Below are positions 28,219 through 37,573 of a DNA stretch of 61,576 bases, piece by piece. The DNA lies in contig JALHTP010000159.1 in the NCBI GenBank assembly GCA_022865725.1, positions 1 through 61,576 of the forward strand, given 5' to 3'. Both the position numbers and the translations under genes were made by a program. Source of the stretch: Methyloceanibacter sp. GTDB taxonomy: Bacteria > Pseudomonadota > Alphaproteobacteria > Rhizobiales > Methyloligellaceae. The first letter of the stretch is position 1, and each line of letters starts with the position of its first letter. The notes under the pieces were generated by a model. That model searched no databases and was not told the origin of the DNA. It saw only the letters and a list, made by a program, of their open reading frames with translations.

Positions 28219-28396
28219 GATATCTCCCTCCGGCTATGGCCTGATGGACACCAGGGCGGGCGCTTCCGTACCACATTGCGCTCGGCGCTTCGGCGCCCGT
28301 CGCTTCCCTAGCGTGGCGGGCGTACATCAACGAGATCGCCACCGGTTGATCCGTGCCGGTGGCCGCGCGCTTGCCGATCCATACCCGTCGCCAATC

Positions 28397-28426
28397 GTTA
28401 TACGCTACGGCTAATGGACTTGTCAA
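28397..28426 (-). promoter_or_regulatory. sigma70-type promoter with operator half-site, driving the glycosylation island
   Basis: TTGACA-18-TATAAC with TAGCCG in the spacer. Confidence 0.7.
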
Positions 28427-28442
28427 GCCCGAAGCTAAATAA

Positions 28443-28471
28443 GAGGGCCGGCGTGTCCAACGCCGGCCCTC
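28443..28471 (-). terminator. Intrinsic terminator after the capsid gene
   Basis: 12-bp stem GAGGGCCGGCGT/ACGCCGGCCCTC followed by TTATTT. Confidence 0.7.
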
Positions 28472-28495
28472 GGGCTAGCTTCTCCGGCCTATCGG

Positions 28496-29983
28496 CTACT
28501 GCGGCCGCAGCACCGACGGCGTACAGGGGTGAACGTAGTCACACCCGTCGTCGATGATGCCGTGGAAGGTGAACTCGCAGAGCGCCTGGGCGCACATGGC
28601 CTTGACCACAAGGGCGGACACGGCCCATACCTCGAACGATACGGCCGTGCAGCCAGGGTTCAAGTCCTTCGCCGAGAGAGGGATCTGCGTCCGCTTGTAG
28701 ATCAACGGCTCGCCGTTGTGGGTCAAGCGGACGGGGTAGACGATGGAGCGGAAGTGGCCGCCCGCACCAAGTACCCTCGGGAACCGCGTATCGCCGATCA
28801 GGGCGATAGGCCCCAGGCTGGTCATGATCGAGTTCGAGAAGTGGATTCCAGGCGTCACGTTGGCGTTATCGCCGAAGCTGGCGAACTGGAAGCCCAGGCT
28901 CATGTAGCCGGCGCTGATCTCTAGCAGCGCGGACGGGTGGCCAAGGATGGCCTGCGGGGCGGCGCAGCCGGCGCCGAGGAACTGGTCGAAGCTCTCGACC
29001 TCGAAGGCCCCCGACATGTACGTTGGGCAGGATCGCGCACCGTTGGCGGCGGTGATCAAATCCATGATCCCGCTGAACTCGTCGGGGTTCAGGCTTGCGT
29101 CGCCGTTCACCAGCAGGTCGTCCCAACAGTTAAGGACGAGGATCATCGCCAAGCGAAGCTCCTTTTCCTTAACGCTGGCGACCGAGGCGTTGAACAGCGT
29201 GGCGGTGTCAAGCTCGCCAGGAAGCCCCTGCTGGTTGAAGCCGCCCACTAGCTTGTTGACGCCGACGCCGGCGGCGATGCTGGCCGCCGAGTCCATGATG
29301 TCCGACTGCGTCAAGCTCTTTCGCACGCCGAAGTGCTTAAGGCTCACGCTCTTGGACGCGGAGTGGTGGACTTGGTCCTCGGGACACTCGCCGGCGGGGA
29401 AGGCGCAGGAATCGCAGCCGGACGCGAACTCAAGCTGATCCATCTCGAGCCACGACTCGGTCTTCGTTCCCTTGGTGATCTCCGGCAAGGCGTTATAGAG
29501 CCCGACTTCCTCGCAGAGAGTGATGATCTCTGTCTGGTCAATCGGGATGCCGAACTCCGTGGTGTAGTCCCCTGGCGTCGGCACGCCATTGGGGAACAGC
29601 GGGTCGGTGTCGCGCAGGTGCAGCAGGGCCTTCCTGATTACACCGGCCATTTCGGCCCCGTCGCCCGACGCGGCCGCGCGCTTGAACTCGCCGCCGAGCT
29701 CGGCCTCTAGGTCGGCGAGCCGCTTGCGCTGCTCGTCGCCGGCCTCGGCGCGGGCGATCATCTTCCTGGCCCACTCCAAGACCTCGTCTTGGTCGGCGTA
29801 GTGGGCTAGATCAAGCGGGATACCGTTCCGGTCGGTCGGTGGTAGGTAGGGCTTACGCCCTTCCTCTGCGGCCGCTCGGCGCTCCTGCTCGACCCAAACG
29901 TGGTAGGGCATCGTGCGGTTGGCACCCGAGGCGACGAAACGAGGGTCGACGCCCGTAGGCACCAACTTCGGAATGGTCAACAT
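28496..29983 (-). CDS. Major capsid protein
   Basis: Follows protease/scaffold; LVNGD..PDEFSGI motif; terminator downstream. Confidence 0.8.
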   Translation of the reverse strand: MLTIPKLVPTGVDPRFVASGANRTMPYHVWVEQERRAAAEEGRKPYLPPTDRNGIPLDLAHYADQDEVLEWARKMIARAEAGDEQRKRLADLEAELGGEFKRAAASGDGAEMAGVIRKALLHLRDTDPLFPNGVPTPGDYTTEFGIPIDQTEIITLCEEVGLYNALPEITKGTKTESWLEMDQLEFASGCDSCAFPAGECPEDQVHHSASKSVSLKHFGVRKSLTQSDIMDSAASIAAGVGVNKLVGGFNQQGLPGELDTATLFNASVASVKEKELRLAMILVLNCWDDLLVNGDASLNPDEFSGIMDLITAANGARSCPTYMSGAFEVESFDQFLGAGCAAPQAILGHPSALLEISAGYMSLGFQFASFGDNANVTPGIHFSNSIMTSLGPIALIGDTRFPRVLGAGGHFRSIVYPVRLTHNGEPLIYKRTQIPLSAKDLNPGCTAVSFEVWAVSALVVKAMCAQALCEFTFHGIIDDGCDYVHPCTPSVLRPQ

Positions 29984-29986
29984 TGT

Positions 29987-32593
29987 CTAACTCCCCATGC
30001 GCGGGTCTGTCCCGCTCCTATGGGCGCCCTTTGCAAAGTCGGCCGGCTTCATGCCACGGCTAGCGTCTAGCCGTCGTGGGCCTAGCGGTAGTAGGCTCGG
30101 CTGGACGCCTCGGCGTGGCGACGCGATGGTAGCGCGTCGCGGTGGCGCCGGCACGTATTCTTCCCCGTCCCCAACGGGAATCGCTGCCGGTAGGACTAGG
30201 CGCTCGATGATCCGCTCGAAGCTGTCCATGCGCTCAAGTACGGGCGCCATGGCAGCCGCGACGACTTCCGCAAGGTCGCCGGCCGGCGGTACGCCTTCCG
30301 GCACCTCCGGCTCTAGTAGATCGCGGAAGCAACCGCCCATGCGGTCAAGGATCGCCTGGGCTCCTTCGGCTGTCCGGTCGTCCGAGTCCGCGAACGTCCG
30401 CGCGTCGGCAAGGATGGCCTCTATGTCCGCTGAGGCTCTAGCGTCCGGCTCGTCAGGTGGCGACTTTACGGTGCCTCCGTCCCCGTCGCCCGACTTCACG
30501 CCGTCGCTATTAGCGGCGCCACCATCGCCGGCGGCTGATCGCGGCACCGCCGACTGGCTCATTACCTGGTTCATGATCTGGCCGAACTCGTCTAGCGCCT
30601 TCTGGACATTCGTTAGGCGCTCCGCCAGCGGTAGGTCGGCGGGGTCGGCCTCGATGTTGGCGATGATGATGTCTAGGAGCGAGTAGCCCGCCGTGTAGGC
30701 CGTCTCTTTCAGGGCGGCCTCGGTCATGACTCCCATGACGGTGTCGGTGGGCTCAACATCCCCCCATCTTTCCTTTAGGACGGCTAGGATGCTGGCGTTA
30801 GGCGCGCACTTCTGCGGCGCGTCGCGGCCCTTCGCGGCGCCGACGTCGTCGGGTAGGTTCTCGCGCGCCCATTCGAGGATGCCCTTAAGGCTCTTGATAG
30901 ACGTCTGCATCTCGCCTAGGTTCTCGATGGCCGCCTGCATCTCGGCTAGGACTTCGCCCTTGATCCGGCGGCCGGCCCGCTCCAACGAGACAGCGTCGAG
31001 GGCTTCGGGATCGCTAATGATGGTCGCCAGCGCGCCGGCGAAGTCGCCCACGCCGGTTGCCCTGAGCAGCGCACTCCCGACATCGTGGGCGCCCTCGAAC
31101 ATGGCGATGGCTTCCGCTAGCGTCGGCTTAGCCACGGAGCCGGCGAGAAGGTCGGCCCGAAGCTCGGCATAAACAACGTCCAACGCGTCCGCCGGCTCCG
31201 TCAGCAATTCCATCGCCCACAGGGCCTCGGCGCGGTGCCGAAGGTTAGTCCTCTCCGCTTCCCAGGGGGGAGTCCTGTCCATCTGCGCGTAGTGGGCTCC
31301 TAGGTGGGTCTTGGCAGCCTCTTGGTCTCCGCTCTGGAACTCTTTGAAGCCGCCGTGGGCTCCCTGGACGACGCCGCCAGCGGCCATGACGCCGCGCTGG
31401 TGAGTGGTGAAGCTATCGCCGGCTACGTCGTGGTGGGGCAGGATCATAGCCGTCTTGTTCTCGGGGTTCTCGGAGTCGTAGATGGCGAAGGCCTGGCGGG
31501 CGACGGCGGCGTCGAAATTACCGTCCGCGTCCGTGGCCTTCTCCCAAACGCGCTTACGCGCGGCGCCGGCGTCCCATGGGTCAGCCGCGTCATTCAGAGG
31601 GAACTTCTTGACCGGCACCATGGCGCGGGCCTGGGGCTCCGTAGCCGGCTGCCATGTGTCGCCGCCGTCAGGACTAACCTCTAGCTCGCCGCCGGCCATC
31701 CGGTAGACGAGCCCGTCATCCTCAGCGCTACGCTCGTCGCCGACCTTGCCCTCGATCTCGAATAGGCGGCCGGCGAGCTCGTCGCCGATGATGGCCGCTG
31801 CGTCGTCTCGGCGCATTTCGCGCCGCGTTTGTGATCGCTTTCCAGGCATGACATCCTCCTCGTCAAGGCCGAAGTCGGCGCGACTATTGGCCGGTCTAGT
31901 GGTGAGCGCGATATGCTCTAGGTAGCCTCGGGTATAGGCGACGACTCCGCAATCCTCTATCTCGAAAGCCTCGGGGTAGAAGGCAATCGAGGTCCTGATG
32001 GTTCGGTGCGCCGGTAGTAGGCTCGACTCCTCTAGCGCGGCCGCATAGGCGGCCGCCACTAGGTCGCGCTGTAGATCGTCGGGCGTCTCGGTTAGCCAGC
32101 GGCCCTCTGCCTTTAGCTTCCGGCCGTCAAGGTAGACGCGGTCGACGATACCGATCTGGCCGAACTTCCCATAGTGGCTGATGCCGAGCCAGGGCGGCTT
32201 TAACGCCGCCCGCGCGCACATGTCAAGCTGGAAGTCCCGCGTCATGCGGGTAGCGTACTGGTCGACTCCATCGTCGCCGGACGTCGCCTTCCAGCGGCGG
32301 ACTCCGGCCTGGTCTTCCCACACGCGGGTAAAGTAACCGTCGCCGGCTACGACGCGCTCGCGCTTCTGCCAGTCGCCGTCGACCTGCTTATAGAGCTTCT
32401 TGACGGCGGCCCATGCCACAGCGAAGGCGTATTGCTCCTGGGCTAGATCGGTACTACCGGAGTCCCAGGACTTCCAGGCCGAATTGAAGGCCGCGACCCA
32501 TATCGCCTTGGCGTGATCGGGTAGAGCCTTCACGTTATCCGGTAACGTGTCGTCGCCGGCGCCGGAATACGGTCGTAGAGCAAGGTTAGCCAT
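29987..32593 (-). CDS. ChaB-domain / prohead protease / scaffold fusion
   Basis: LPDHAKAIWVAAFNSA..AFAVAWAAVKKLY (ChaB), then SH..IG..LEHIALTTRPAN protease-like region and acidic helical tail. Confidence 0.75.
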   Translation of the reverse strand: MANLALRPYSGAGDDTLPDNVKALPDHAKAIWVAAFNSAWKSWDSGSTDLAQEQYAFAVAWAAVKKLYKQVDGDWQKRERVVAGDGYFTRVWEDQAGVRRWKATSGDDGVDQYATRMTRDFQLDMCARAALKPPWLGISHYGKFGQIGIVDRVYLDGRKLKAEGRWLTETPDDLQRDLVAAAYAAALEESSLLPAHRTIRTSIAFYPEAFEIEDCGVVAYTRGYLEHIALTTRPANSRADFGLDEEDVMPGKRSQTRREMRRDDAAAIIGDELAGRLFEIEGKVGDERSAEDDGLVYRMAGGELEVSPDGGDTWQPATEPQARAMVPVKKFPLNDAADPWDAGAARKRVWEKATDADGNFDAAVARQAFAIYDSENPENKTAMILPHHDVAGDSFTTHQRGVMAAGGVVQGAHGGFKEFQSGDQEAAKTHLGAHYAQMDRTPPWEAERTNLRHRAEALWAMELLTEPADALDVVYAELRADLLAGSVAKPTLAEAIAMFEGAHDVGSALLRATGVGDFAGALATIISDPEALDAVSLERAGRRIKGEVLAEMQAAIENLGEMQTSIKSLKGILEWARENLPDDVGAAKGRDAPQKCAPNASILAVLKERWGDVEPTDTVMGVMTEAALKETAYTAGYSLLDIIIANIEADPADLPLAERLTNVQKALDEFGQIMNQVMSQSAVPRSAAGDGGAANSDGVKSGDGDGGTVKSPPDEPDARASADIEAILADARTFADSDDRTAEGAQAILDRMGGCFRDLLEPEVPEGVPPAGDLAEVVAAAMAPVLERMDSFERIIERLVLPAAIPVGDGEEYVPAPPRRATIASPRRGVQPSLLPLGPRRLDASRGMKPADFAKGAHRSGTDPRMGS

Positions 32594-32597
32594 CGTT

Positions 32598-32610
32598 CTA
32601 ATGGTCGACC
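32598..32610 (-). promoter_or_regulatory. Late-promoter motif GGTCGACCATTAG, leaderless
   Basis: Exact motif 4 nt before ATG 32593. Confidence 0.7.
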
Positions 32611-32647
32611 GCTAGGCGGGGGACGATCTTAGGAGTAGACTACCACC

Positions 32648-32738
32648 GGCGAGAATGTAAGGGCTGTTGGCAAGCCCTGGCGGTCGCAAGACCGCCGCCG
32701 GTTACGGCACGCAGGTTCGATTCCTGCCGTTCTCGCCT
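32648..32738 (+). ncRNA. tRNA-like RNA (Sec/allo-tRNA-like fold) with a GCAA tetraloop in place of the anticodon loop
   Basis: GGCGAGAATG/CGTTCTCGCC acceptor, AGGGCT/AGCCCT D stem, GGCGGTC-GCAA-GACCGCC, GCCG-GTTA-CGGC variable arm, GCAGG-TTCGATT-CCTGC T arm; TAGACT -10 box 6 nt upstream. Confidence 0.75.
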
Positions 32739-33089
32739 TTATTGATCGTCGGGCTGGTAGGGGTGTAGGTAGTCGCGGGTCAGGTTATGCGCTAGCCGGC
32801 CGGCGGCCGCTATCGCTAGGGCGCGGATGATAAGGGCGACCAGGCGGGCGCCTGGCAGCGCAGAGGATGGAGTCGGGGGGTGCCGGCCGACCATCCCCAC
32901 CACCGCCTGGCCGATACCGATCCACATGCCGGCGCAAAGCCGGCACTTCACCACGTCAGAATAGGGCGCCGGCAAGACGCGCTCTACTAGGTCGCGCACC
33001 GGCGCCGCGATGTCGGATTCGACCAGTACAGTAGTGGCCTGGTCATTGACCAGGCCGGCAACCGCTAGCTCGACTAAGCGATGGGTCAT
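32739..33089 (-). CDS. DUF1360-like membrane protein
   Basis: ESDIAAPVRD..VKCRLCAGMWIG. Confidence 0.6.
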   Translation of the reverse strand: MTHRLVELAVAGLVNDQATTVLVESDIAAPVRDLVERVLPAPYSDVVKCRLCAGMWIGIGQAVVGMVGRHPPTPSSALPGARLVALIIRALAIAAAGRLAHNLTRDYLHPYQPDDQ

Positions 33090-33095
33090 GGGCTC

Positions 33096-33123
33096 ATTAT
33101 AGCCGGAGCGGCTATTAGGTCAA
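33096..33123 (-). promoter_or_regulatory. sigma70-type promoter with operator, leaderless
   Basis: TTGACC-16-TATAAT, palindrome at 33100-33114, 6 nt before ATG. Confidence 0.75.
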
Positions 33124-33158
33124 GGGGTTGCGCGGATGATAGAATCTACCAGCCGTTA

Positions 33159-35360
33159 CTACCCCTTCACACTATCTAGCAATTCCTGACGGTCGAAGGT
33201 GATATAGCAATGGCAGACGGTCGGATGGGCTGGCGGGCCGGTACAGCCGCTATCGAATACGTCCTCGTAGATGAAGTCGGCCGGCACAACGCCCTCGTCC
33301 ATGTTGGCCTGGCAGATGTCGCAGGCGATCCCAGGGATCGCTATCCACCGCTTCGTGGTCAGGCCAACGGCCGCATGTTGATTGAGGGTGCCTTTACTCT
33401 CCGCCCAATTGATCTCGGTGTTCACGATGGAGAGGGCGCGGCCTCGGAAGGTCTCGATGATCCCGCGCCGGACGTCGTTGATCAGGATGTCGCGGGCGAT
33501 ATCCGGCGATGATATCCCCCGCTCGACGCCAGCTAGAATCTTCTGAGTGATGTAGAACTTGGTGCCGGTATCGACGCGCTGGACTAGCTCAGCGCCGCGT
33601 TGGGCTACCAGGACAAGTATCTTGGGGTCTTTCAAGACGGCCGTGGTGGTTGCCAAGGCCGGCGCCGTGGTTATGCCAGCGCCCTTTAGCGCCTTCTCGA
33701 TCTCCGATCCCGCTTCAACGAGCCCCTCTGTGTAGGCCAGCTTTAGGACTGCGGCTACCCTGACGGAGATATCGGGCGCCGTCCACCAATCCTCATTCGC
33801 TAGTAGGGCCTCGACGGCCGCCTGGGCCGCCGACTTCTGCGCGCTCTGCCGCTCCTCTAGGGCCATGCGGGCGCTACCAACAAGCTCTGCGGCGTCCAGG
33901 CCGGCCGCTAGTAGGGTTCGTAGCCGGCCCCTAGTGATCTTGTCCATGATGCGCGCCAGCCAAGGGCCGACGATCCGGCCTAGCTGACGGCTCGCTTTGC
34001 TGCTAGTGGGGTAGGCGCGCGGCGGGGTGTCGCTAGTAGTGCCCTGCTGCCGCAGGGCGTCCGCTTTTGGGCCGGCGCGAGCCTTGGTTTGGAGGTCGCC
34101 CTTGGTTCCCGTAGCGTCGGCGCCGGCGGGCTGGTCGGCCGACGCGGCCGGCGCGACCGGCGCGGGTCTCTGCGGCGGCGGGGTATCCACCGGCACCGTA
34201 ATCAGGCCCTCCTCGATGGCCTGGGCTTGGAGGACCTGGGGGTCGAAGATGTAGGCGTTACCTAGGGCGGCGAGAGCTTCCGCCGTTAGCTTCTTGGCCG
34301 TGGCCCGCCGCACGGTGTCCTCTAGCTCTATGTCCGCCCACACAAACTCCACCGTATCGGGTAGAACGTCAACGTCGAGCCGCTGTTTGATGCCCTTCAT
34401 AAGGTGGGCGAGCCCCTGCCGCTTACTTAGCTCGATCACCTTAGTCATGCCGGCTAGCCGCATCTCCTGCCCGAATAGGCCCAGGTCGCTAGTGTTCATT
34501 CCGAAGGCCGCGCAGACGATCTCGGCGTAGCGCCGCAGTAGCTCGGGCAATTGGGCCTCGGTAGCGGATGTGGCGAAGCTGATGAATTGGGCGTTACCGT
34601 CTTCCTTGGTGCGGCCCTCGCCGGTCAGGATCGGTATCTTAAGGGCATCCTGGCCGGCCATCATCGTTTTCCAGCCCTCAAGCCACAATACCGCGTCTTC
34701 GTCCGTGATCCCCATGATGTCGAGGATGCCAGGCGGCGGGCTATCGGTTAGGAGTGTCTGCCAGAACTTGTCGCTCCGTAGGAGCCCCAGGATCGCCGGC
34801 AGGCAGTCCATGCAGGGCGTCCGCGTCCAGCCGTAGCCCTTTACGTCCGGTCTCGGTAGCCAGATGACGCGCGAGACCTCGCCGCGCCGGAATAGGACGG
34901 GGTCGAGGGGCCCACGGTCGGGCGCCACCTGGGCGTAGGGGACGTCGTAGCTGTAGGTCGGGCGCATGAGCCCGCCGTCTAGGTGGGCGACCCACGCGCT
35001 ACCGCCGTTCGGGAAGAAGCCGATCTCCCAGGCGCCGCCGAAGGGTACGGTTAGAGCATCCTCGACGACGCGGGCGACTAGGTTCTCAAAGCCGGAGCCA
35101 TCGTCGGCAGACGAGAGGATGTCCGTAAAGTAGTCCTTCTCCTTCTCGTCGTCGCCCTCGATATACCACTCTAGGCCGGTGATCTGCATGATTAGCGTGG
35201 CGATGCAGGAGCGAACGATAGGCGCCTGGGCAACGAGCCCGCGCCATTGTTGGGCCTCTAGGGTCATGGGGTCATAGAAGGCCGCCGGAGTGCGCGTCAG
35301 GAACGCGGGCTGGCGTAGGCCCTTAGCCTTGGGCGGGTTCTCTGTCTTGGCTGCCGGCAT
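33159..35360 (-). CDS. Portal protein fused to a MuF-like head morphogenesis domain
   Basis: Portal-like N-terminal ~390 aa; C-terminal RALSIVNTE..KRW..CDIC..PPAHP..CHC. Confidence 0.85.
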   Translation of the reverse strand: MPAAKTENPPKAKGLRQPAFLTRTPAAFYDPMTLEAQQWRGLVAQAPIVRSCIATLIMQITGLEWYIEGDDEKEKDYFTDILSSADDGSGFENLVARVVEDALTVPFGGAWEIGFFPNGGSAWVAHLDGGLMRPTYSYDVPYAQVAPDRGPLDPVLFRRGEVSRVIWLPRPDVKGYGWTRTPCMDCLPAILGLLRSDKFWQTLLTDSPPPGILDIMGITDEDAVLWLEGWKTMMAGQDALKIPILTGEGRTKEDGNAQFISFATSATEAQLPELLRRYAEIVCAAFGMNTSDLGLFGQEMRLAGMTKVIELSKRQGLAHLMKGIKQRLDVDVLPDTVEFVWADIELEDTVRRATAKKLTAEALAALGNAYIFDPQVLQAQAIEEGLITVPVDTPPPQRPAPVAPAASADQPAGADATGTKGDLQTKARAGPKADALRQQGTTSDTPPRAYPTSSKASRQLGRIVGPWLARIMDKITRGRLRTLLAAGLDAAELVGSARMALEERQSAQKSAAQAAVEALLANEDWWTAPDISVRVAAVLKLAYTEGLVEAGSEIEKALKGAGITTAPALATTTAVLKDPKILVLVAQRGAELVQRVDTGTKFYITQKILAGVERGISSPDIARDILINDVRRGIIETFRGRALSIVNTEINWAESKGTLNQHAAVGLTTKRWIAIPGIACDICQANMDEGVVPADFIYEDVFDSGCTGPPAHPTVCHCYITFDRQELLDSVKG

Positions 35361-35444
35361 GGTAGCTCCTTTGGGGCGGGAAGCAACCGACTAACGGATC
35401 GCGCCCAACAGTCCGCTAGCCTGGGGAAGCGGTTCCCGCCCGTT

Positions 35445-35457
35445 CTAATGGTCGACC
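35445..35457 (-). promoter_or_regulatory. Late-promoter motif GGTCGACCATTAG (portal)
   Basis: Exact motif upstream of the portal gene. Confidence 0.7.
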
Positions 35458-35684
35458 GCTCGACGCGCCCGCATTAGATCGTCGCAATAGTCGATGATCT
35501 CGCGGAGGCATTCCCGATTGAAGATGCAACCAGCCTGCGGCCAGAATGTGTACTGGCGCCATGGGCCATACCACCTAATCGTACCTAGGCGGTCGCCACG
35601 GTGGCGAGAGTCGACCTGAATCGTCTTGGTCTTGCGTAGGGCATTAGGGATTTCGGTAAATATCAGGTAGCGGCTTTCCTTCAT
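35445..35684 (-). CDS. Hypothetical phage protein
   Basis: LGTIRWYGPWRQYTF; AGGAG RBS. Confidence 0.65.
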   Translation of the reverse strand: MKESRYLIFTEIPNALRKTKTIQVDSRHRGDRLGTIRWYGPWRQYTFWPQAGCIFNRECLREIIDYCDDLMRARRAVDH

Positions 35685-35693
35685 CGCTGGCTC

Positions 35694-36056
35694 CTAGGGC
35701 ATCCCGCCGAAGATCTGCGCGAGTAGCGGCCCGTCAGCCTCGTAGCCCATGGTCACTAGCCGGTCTGCCGGTAGGCTCATTCGCGCGGCCTCGGGAAAGA
35801 ACGGGCAGGTCATTTCCTGGATCACTCCGTAAAGCCGGCACGTGAGCGGCCGGACGGGGTAGATCGTACAACGATTTCGCCGGCCAAGGAAGCCGCAGAG
35901 AAGTAGGCCGCGCTCCTTCCAGGCCACGCCATGCTCGGTAAGGTAGCGCCCGATCTTGGCGGCCTCGCCAGGTGAGCAGCCGACGTGGCCACAACAGCGC
36001 CCGCAGCTACTACATTGGGGCATCTCAGGGATGATGATTAGCGGGTCGGAGTACAT
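35694..36056 (-). CDS. YkgJ-family cysteine-cluster protein
   Basis: CSSCGRCC, CGFL..CTIYPVRPLTCRLY. Confidence 0.8.
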   Translation of the reverse strand: MYSDPLIIIPEMPQCSSCGRCCGHVGCSPGEAAKIGRYLTEHGVAWKERGLLLCGFLGRRNRCTIYPVRPLTCRLYGVIQEMTCPFFPEAARMSLPADRLVTMGYEADGPLLAQIFGGMP

Positions 36057-36451
36057 AGGGGGATGATCATATAGCCCTTCTGGCCAGTCATCGGGTCGTC
36101 AACCCACACGACGTCTACGTCCTGGCCGATTAGCGATAGGGCCGGCGGTTCGCCAGGTAGCCATTTAGGCGGCGGCGTGACGTCCGCCGGTAGCCGGTAA
36201 CGTACCGGCCGATCATGCCGGTAGCAAGCGAATCCGCCAGGGCGCGAGACCATGGGAACGGCGCCGCGACATTCGGGACAGAGCGGCACCTTATGGCCCC
36301 ACCGATCAATCGACTGTCGCTCGTGGTGCTCCGTTGGAGTGAGCCCCAACAATTCGGGCGCCCTCTTGAGTAGCCATATCGACCAGGGATTGAGGAGTCC
36401 GTAGGTCGCTAGGTAGCTACCACGGTCAAGCTCGGGCGGGATCGGCGACAT
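36038..36451 (-). CDS. Hypothetical zinc-finger protein
   Basis: CPEC..C..H; likely start MSPIPP. Confidence 0.5.
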   Translation of the reverse strand: MSPIPPELDRGSYLATYGLLNPWSIWLLKRAPELLGLTPTEHHERQSIDRWGHKVPLCPECRGAVPMVSRPGGFACYRHDRPVRYRLPADVTPPPKWLPGEPPALSLIGQDVDVVWVDDPMTGQKGYMIIPLCTPTR

Positions 36452-36782
36452 CGTCCACTCCTTCCGGCGGGCCAAGGGAACAATGCCCCCACCGTTCCGC
36501 ATCGGCCGCATCTTCGGGTCGCCATTCTTGGCAGAGAACGGGCCGGTCGGCGTAGATGTTACAGGTATTGTCGGGTAAAAGCGCGCGGCACCGCAGGGGT
36601 ATAGCGATCCATTCTTGGCCGGCAGCGTCATGGTAACGGCGGATGCCATGGAGATCTAACCAGCGGTCGAAGTCCGCGTCGTCCTCTACGTTCTGCCGAA
36701 GATAGGGGTAGGGTAGACCGATCCACCTACAGCACTCGCCGCACCGGTTACACTCGCTCATAGCATCGGCCTTTATCGGCAT
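36426..36782 (-). CDS. YkgJ-family cysteine-cluster protein
   Basis: CNRCGECC, CRAL..CNIYADRPVLC. Confidence 0.8.
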   Translation of the reverse strand: MPIKADAMSECNRCGECCRWIGLPYPYLRQNVEDDADFDRWLDLHGIRRYHDAAGQEWIAIPLRCRALLPDNTCNIYADRPVLCQEWRPEDAADAERWGHCSLGPPEGVDDVADPARA

Positions 36783-36830
36783 GGCCCACCTTCGCGTAAG
36801 AGTCTGCCGCCCCGCGTCATAGTCCCACGT

Positions 36831-37274
36831 TCACTCCCGCATCTTTAGGAGCCGCCGCATCTGGAAGTCGGCGGCGGACATTTCGGGCCTATCCCCCCGA
36901 CCGCGAGCTAGGTCGTCGTCTTTCCATAGGCGGTATAGCCGTCGGCGCTCGGACATGGTTAGCTCGACGCCGCGCTCGGAGACTGCCACTACGCGGAAGG
37001 CTGCGGCGTGGTAGGTCTCGAACGGGTCGGCCACGGAACGTTCTAGCGGGCCTTCCGGTTCGACAATGTAGAGCCAGCCGCGACCCCATTTCGAGGCGTA
37101 GTATTTACCGTAGATTCGTAGTCGCGTGACGAAGACGCGATCCGGTAGGTGATTAGCGTCGCCGCCGGCCGCACAGATCGGGCAGCCGGCGCAACGCTTG
37201 GTCTCATGGGGCGTGATACGGTCGCCGGCGCGGAATCCAGACGCGCCGCCGTGGTAGAGAACGTCGCCCGTCAA
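36831..37274 (-). CDS. Arr-like (rifampin-type) ADP-ribosyltransferase fold protein
   Basis: LYHGG..GDRITP, VFVT, LYIVEPEG, FRVV; TTG start 37274. Confidence 0.65.
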   Translation of the reverse strand: MTGDVLYHGGASGFRAGDRITPHETKRCAGCPICAAGGDANHLPDRVFVTRLRIYGKYYASKWGRGWLYIVEPEGPLERSVADPFETYHAAAFRVVAVSERGVELTMSERRRLYRLWKDDDLARGRGDRPEMSAADFQMRRLLKMRE

Positions 37275-37573
37275 AGTAGCTTCTCCTGTCCGGTGATCGC
37301 TTCCAGCGCCGGCGCCACGCGCATCGCTTCCGGTAGGTAGTCGGCGGAGATCCACCAGACCTTCGCCGTATCGTCCCACATCCGCTCCGCCGGCGGGATC
37401 AGCCGCTTTAGACGCTTGACGCCGTCCACGTCGTACTTGAACTCGACGCACCAGCCGGCGCGCCCGTCCTCGGGGTTACCGGCCTTCCAGGCGCGGACTA
37501 CTCGGAGCCGGCTAGTAGGAGCCACTTGTTGGTGTCCTTTGCTGCCATGGCCACGCGGCGGGCCTTCGCGCAT
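37271..37573 (-). CDS. Hypothetical protein (HARP-like domain); true start uncertain
   Basis: VEFKYD..LK.LIP..RMWD..KVW. Confidence 0.45.
   Translation of the reverse strand: MREGPPRGHGSKGHQQVAPTSRLRVVRAWKAGNPEDGRAGWCVEFKYDVDGVKRLKRLIPPAERMWDDTAKVWWISADYLPEAMRVAPALEAITGQEKLL

Noticed and set aside
32648-32738. Functional tRNA-Cys(GCA) or tRNA-Sec
   Set aside because: The loop can only be 4, 6 or 8 nt, there is no U immediately before GCA and no UCA; kept as tRNA-like only
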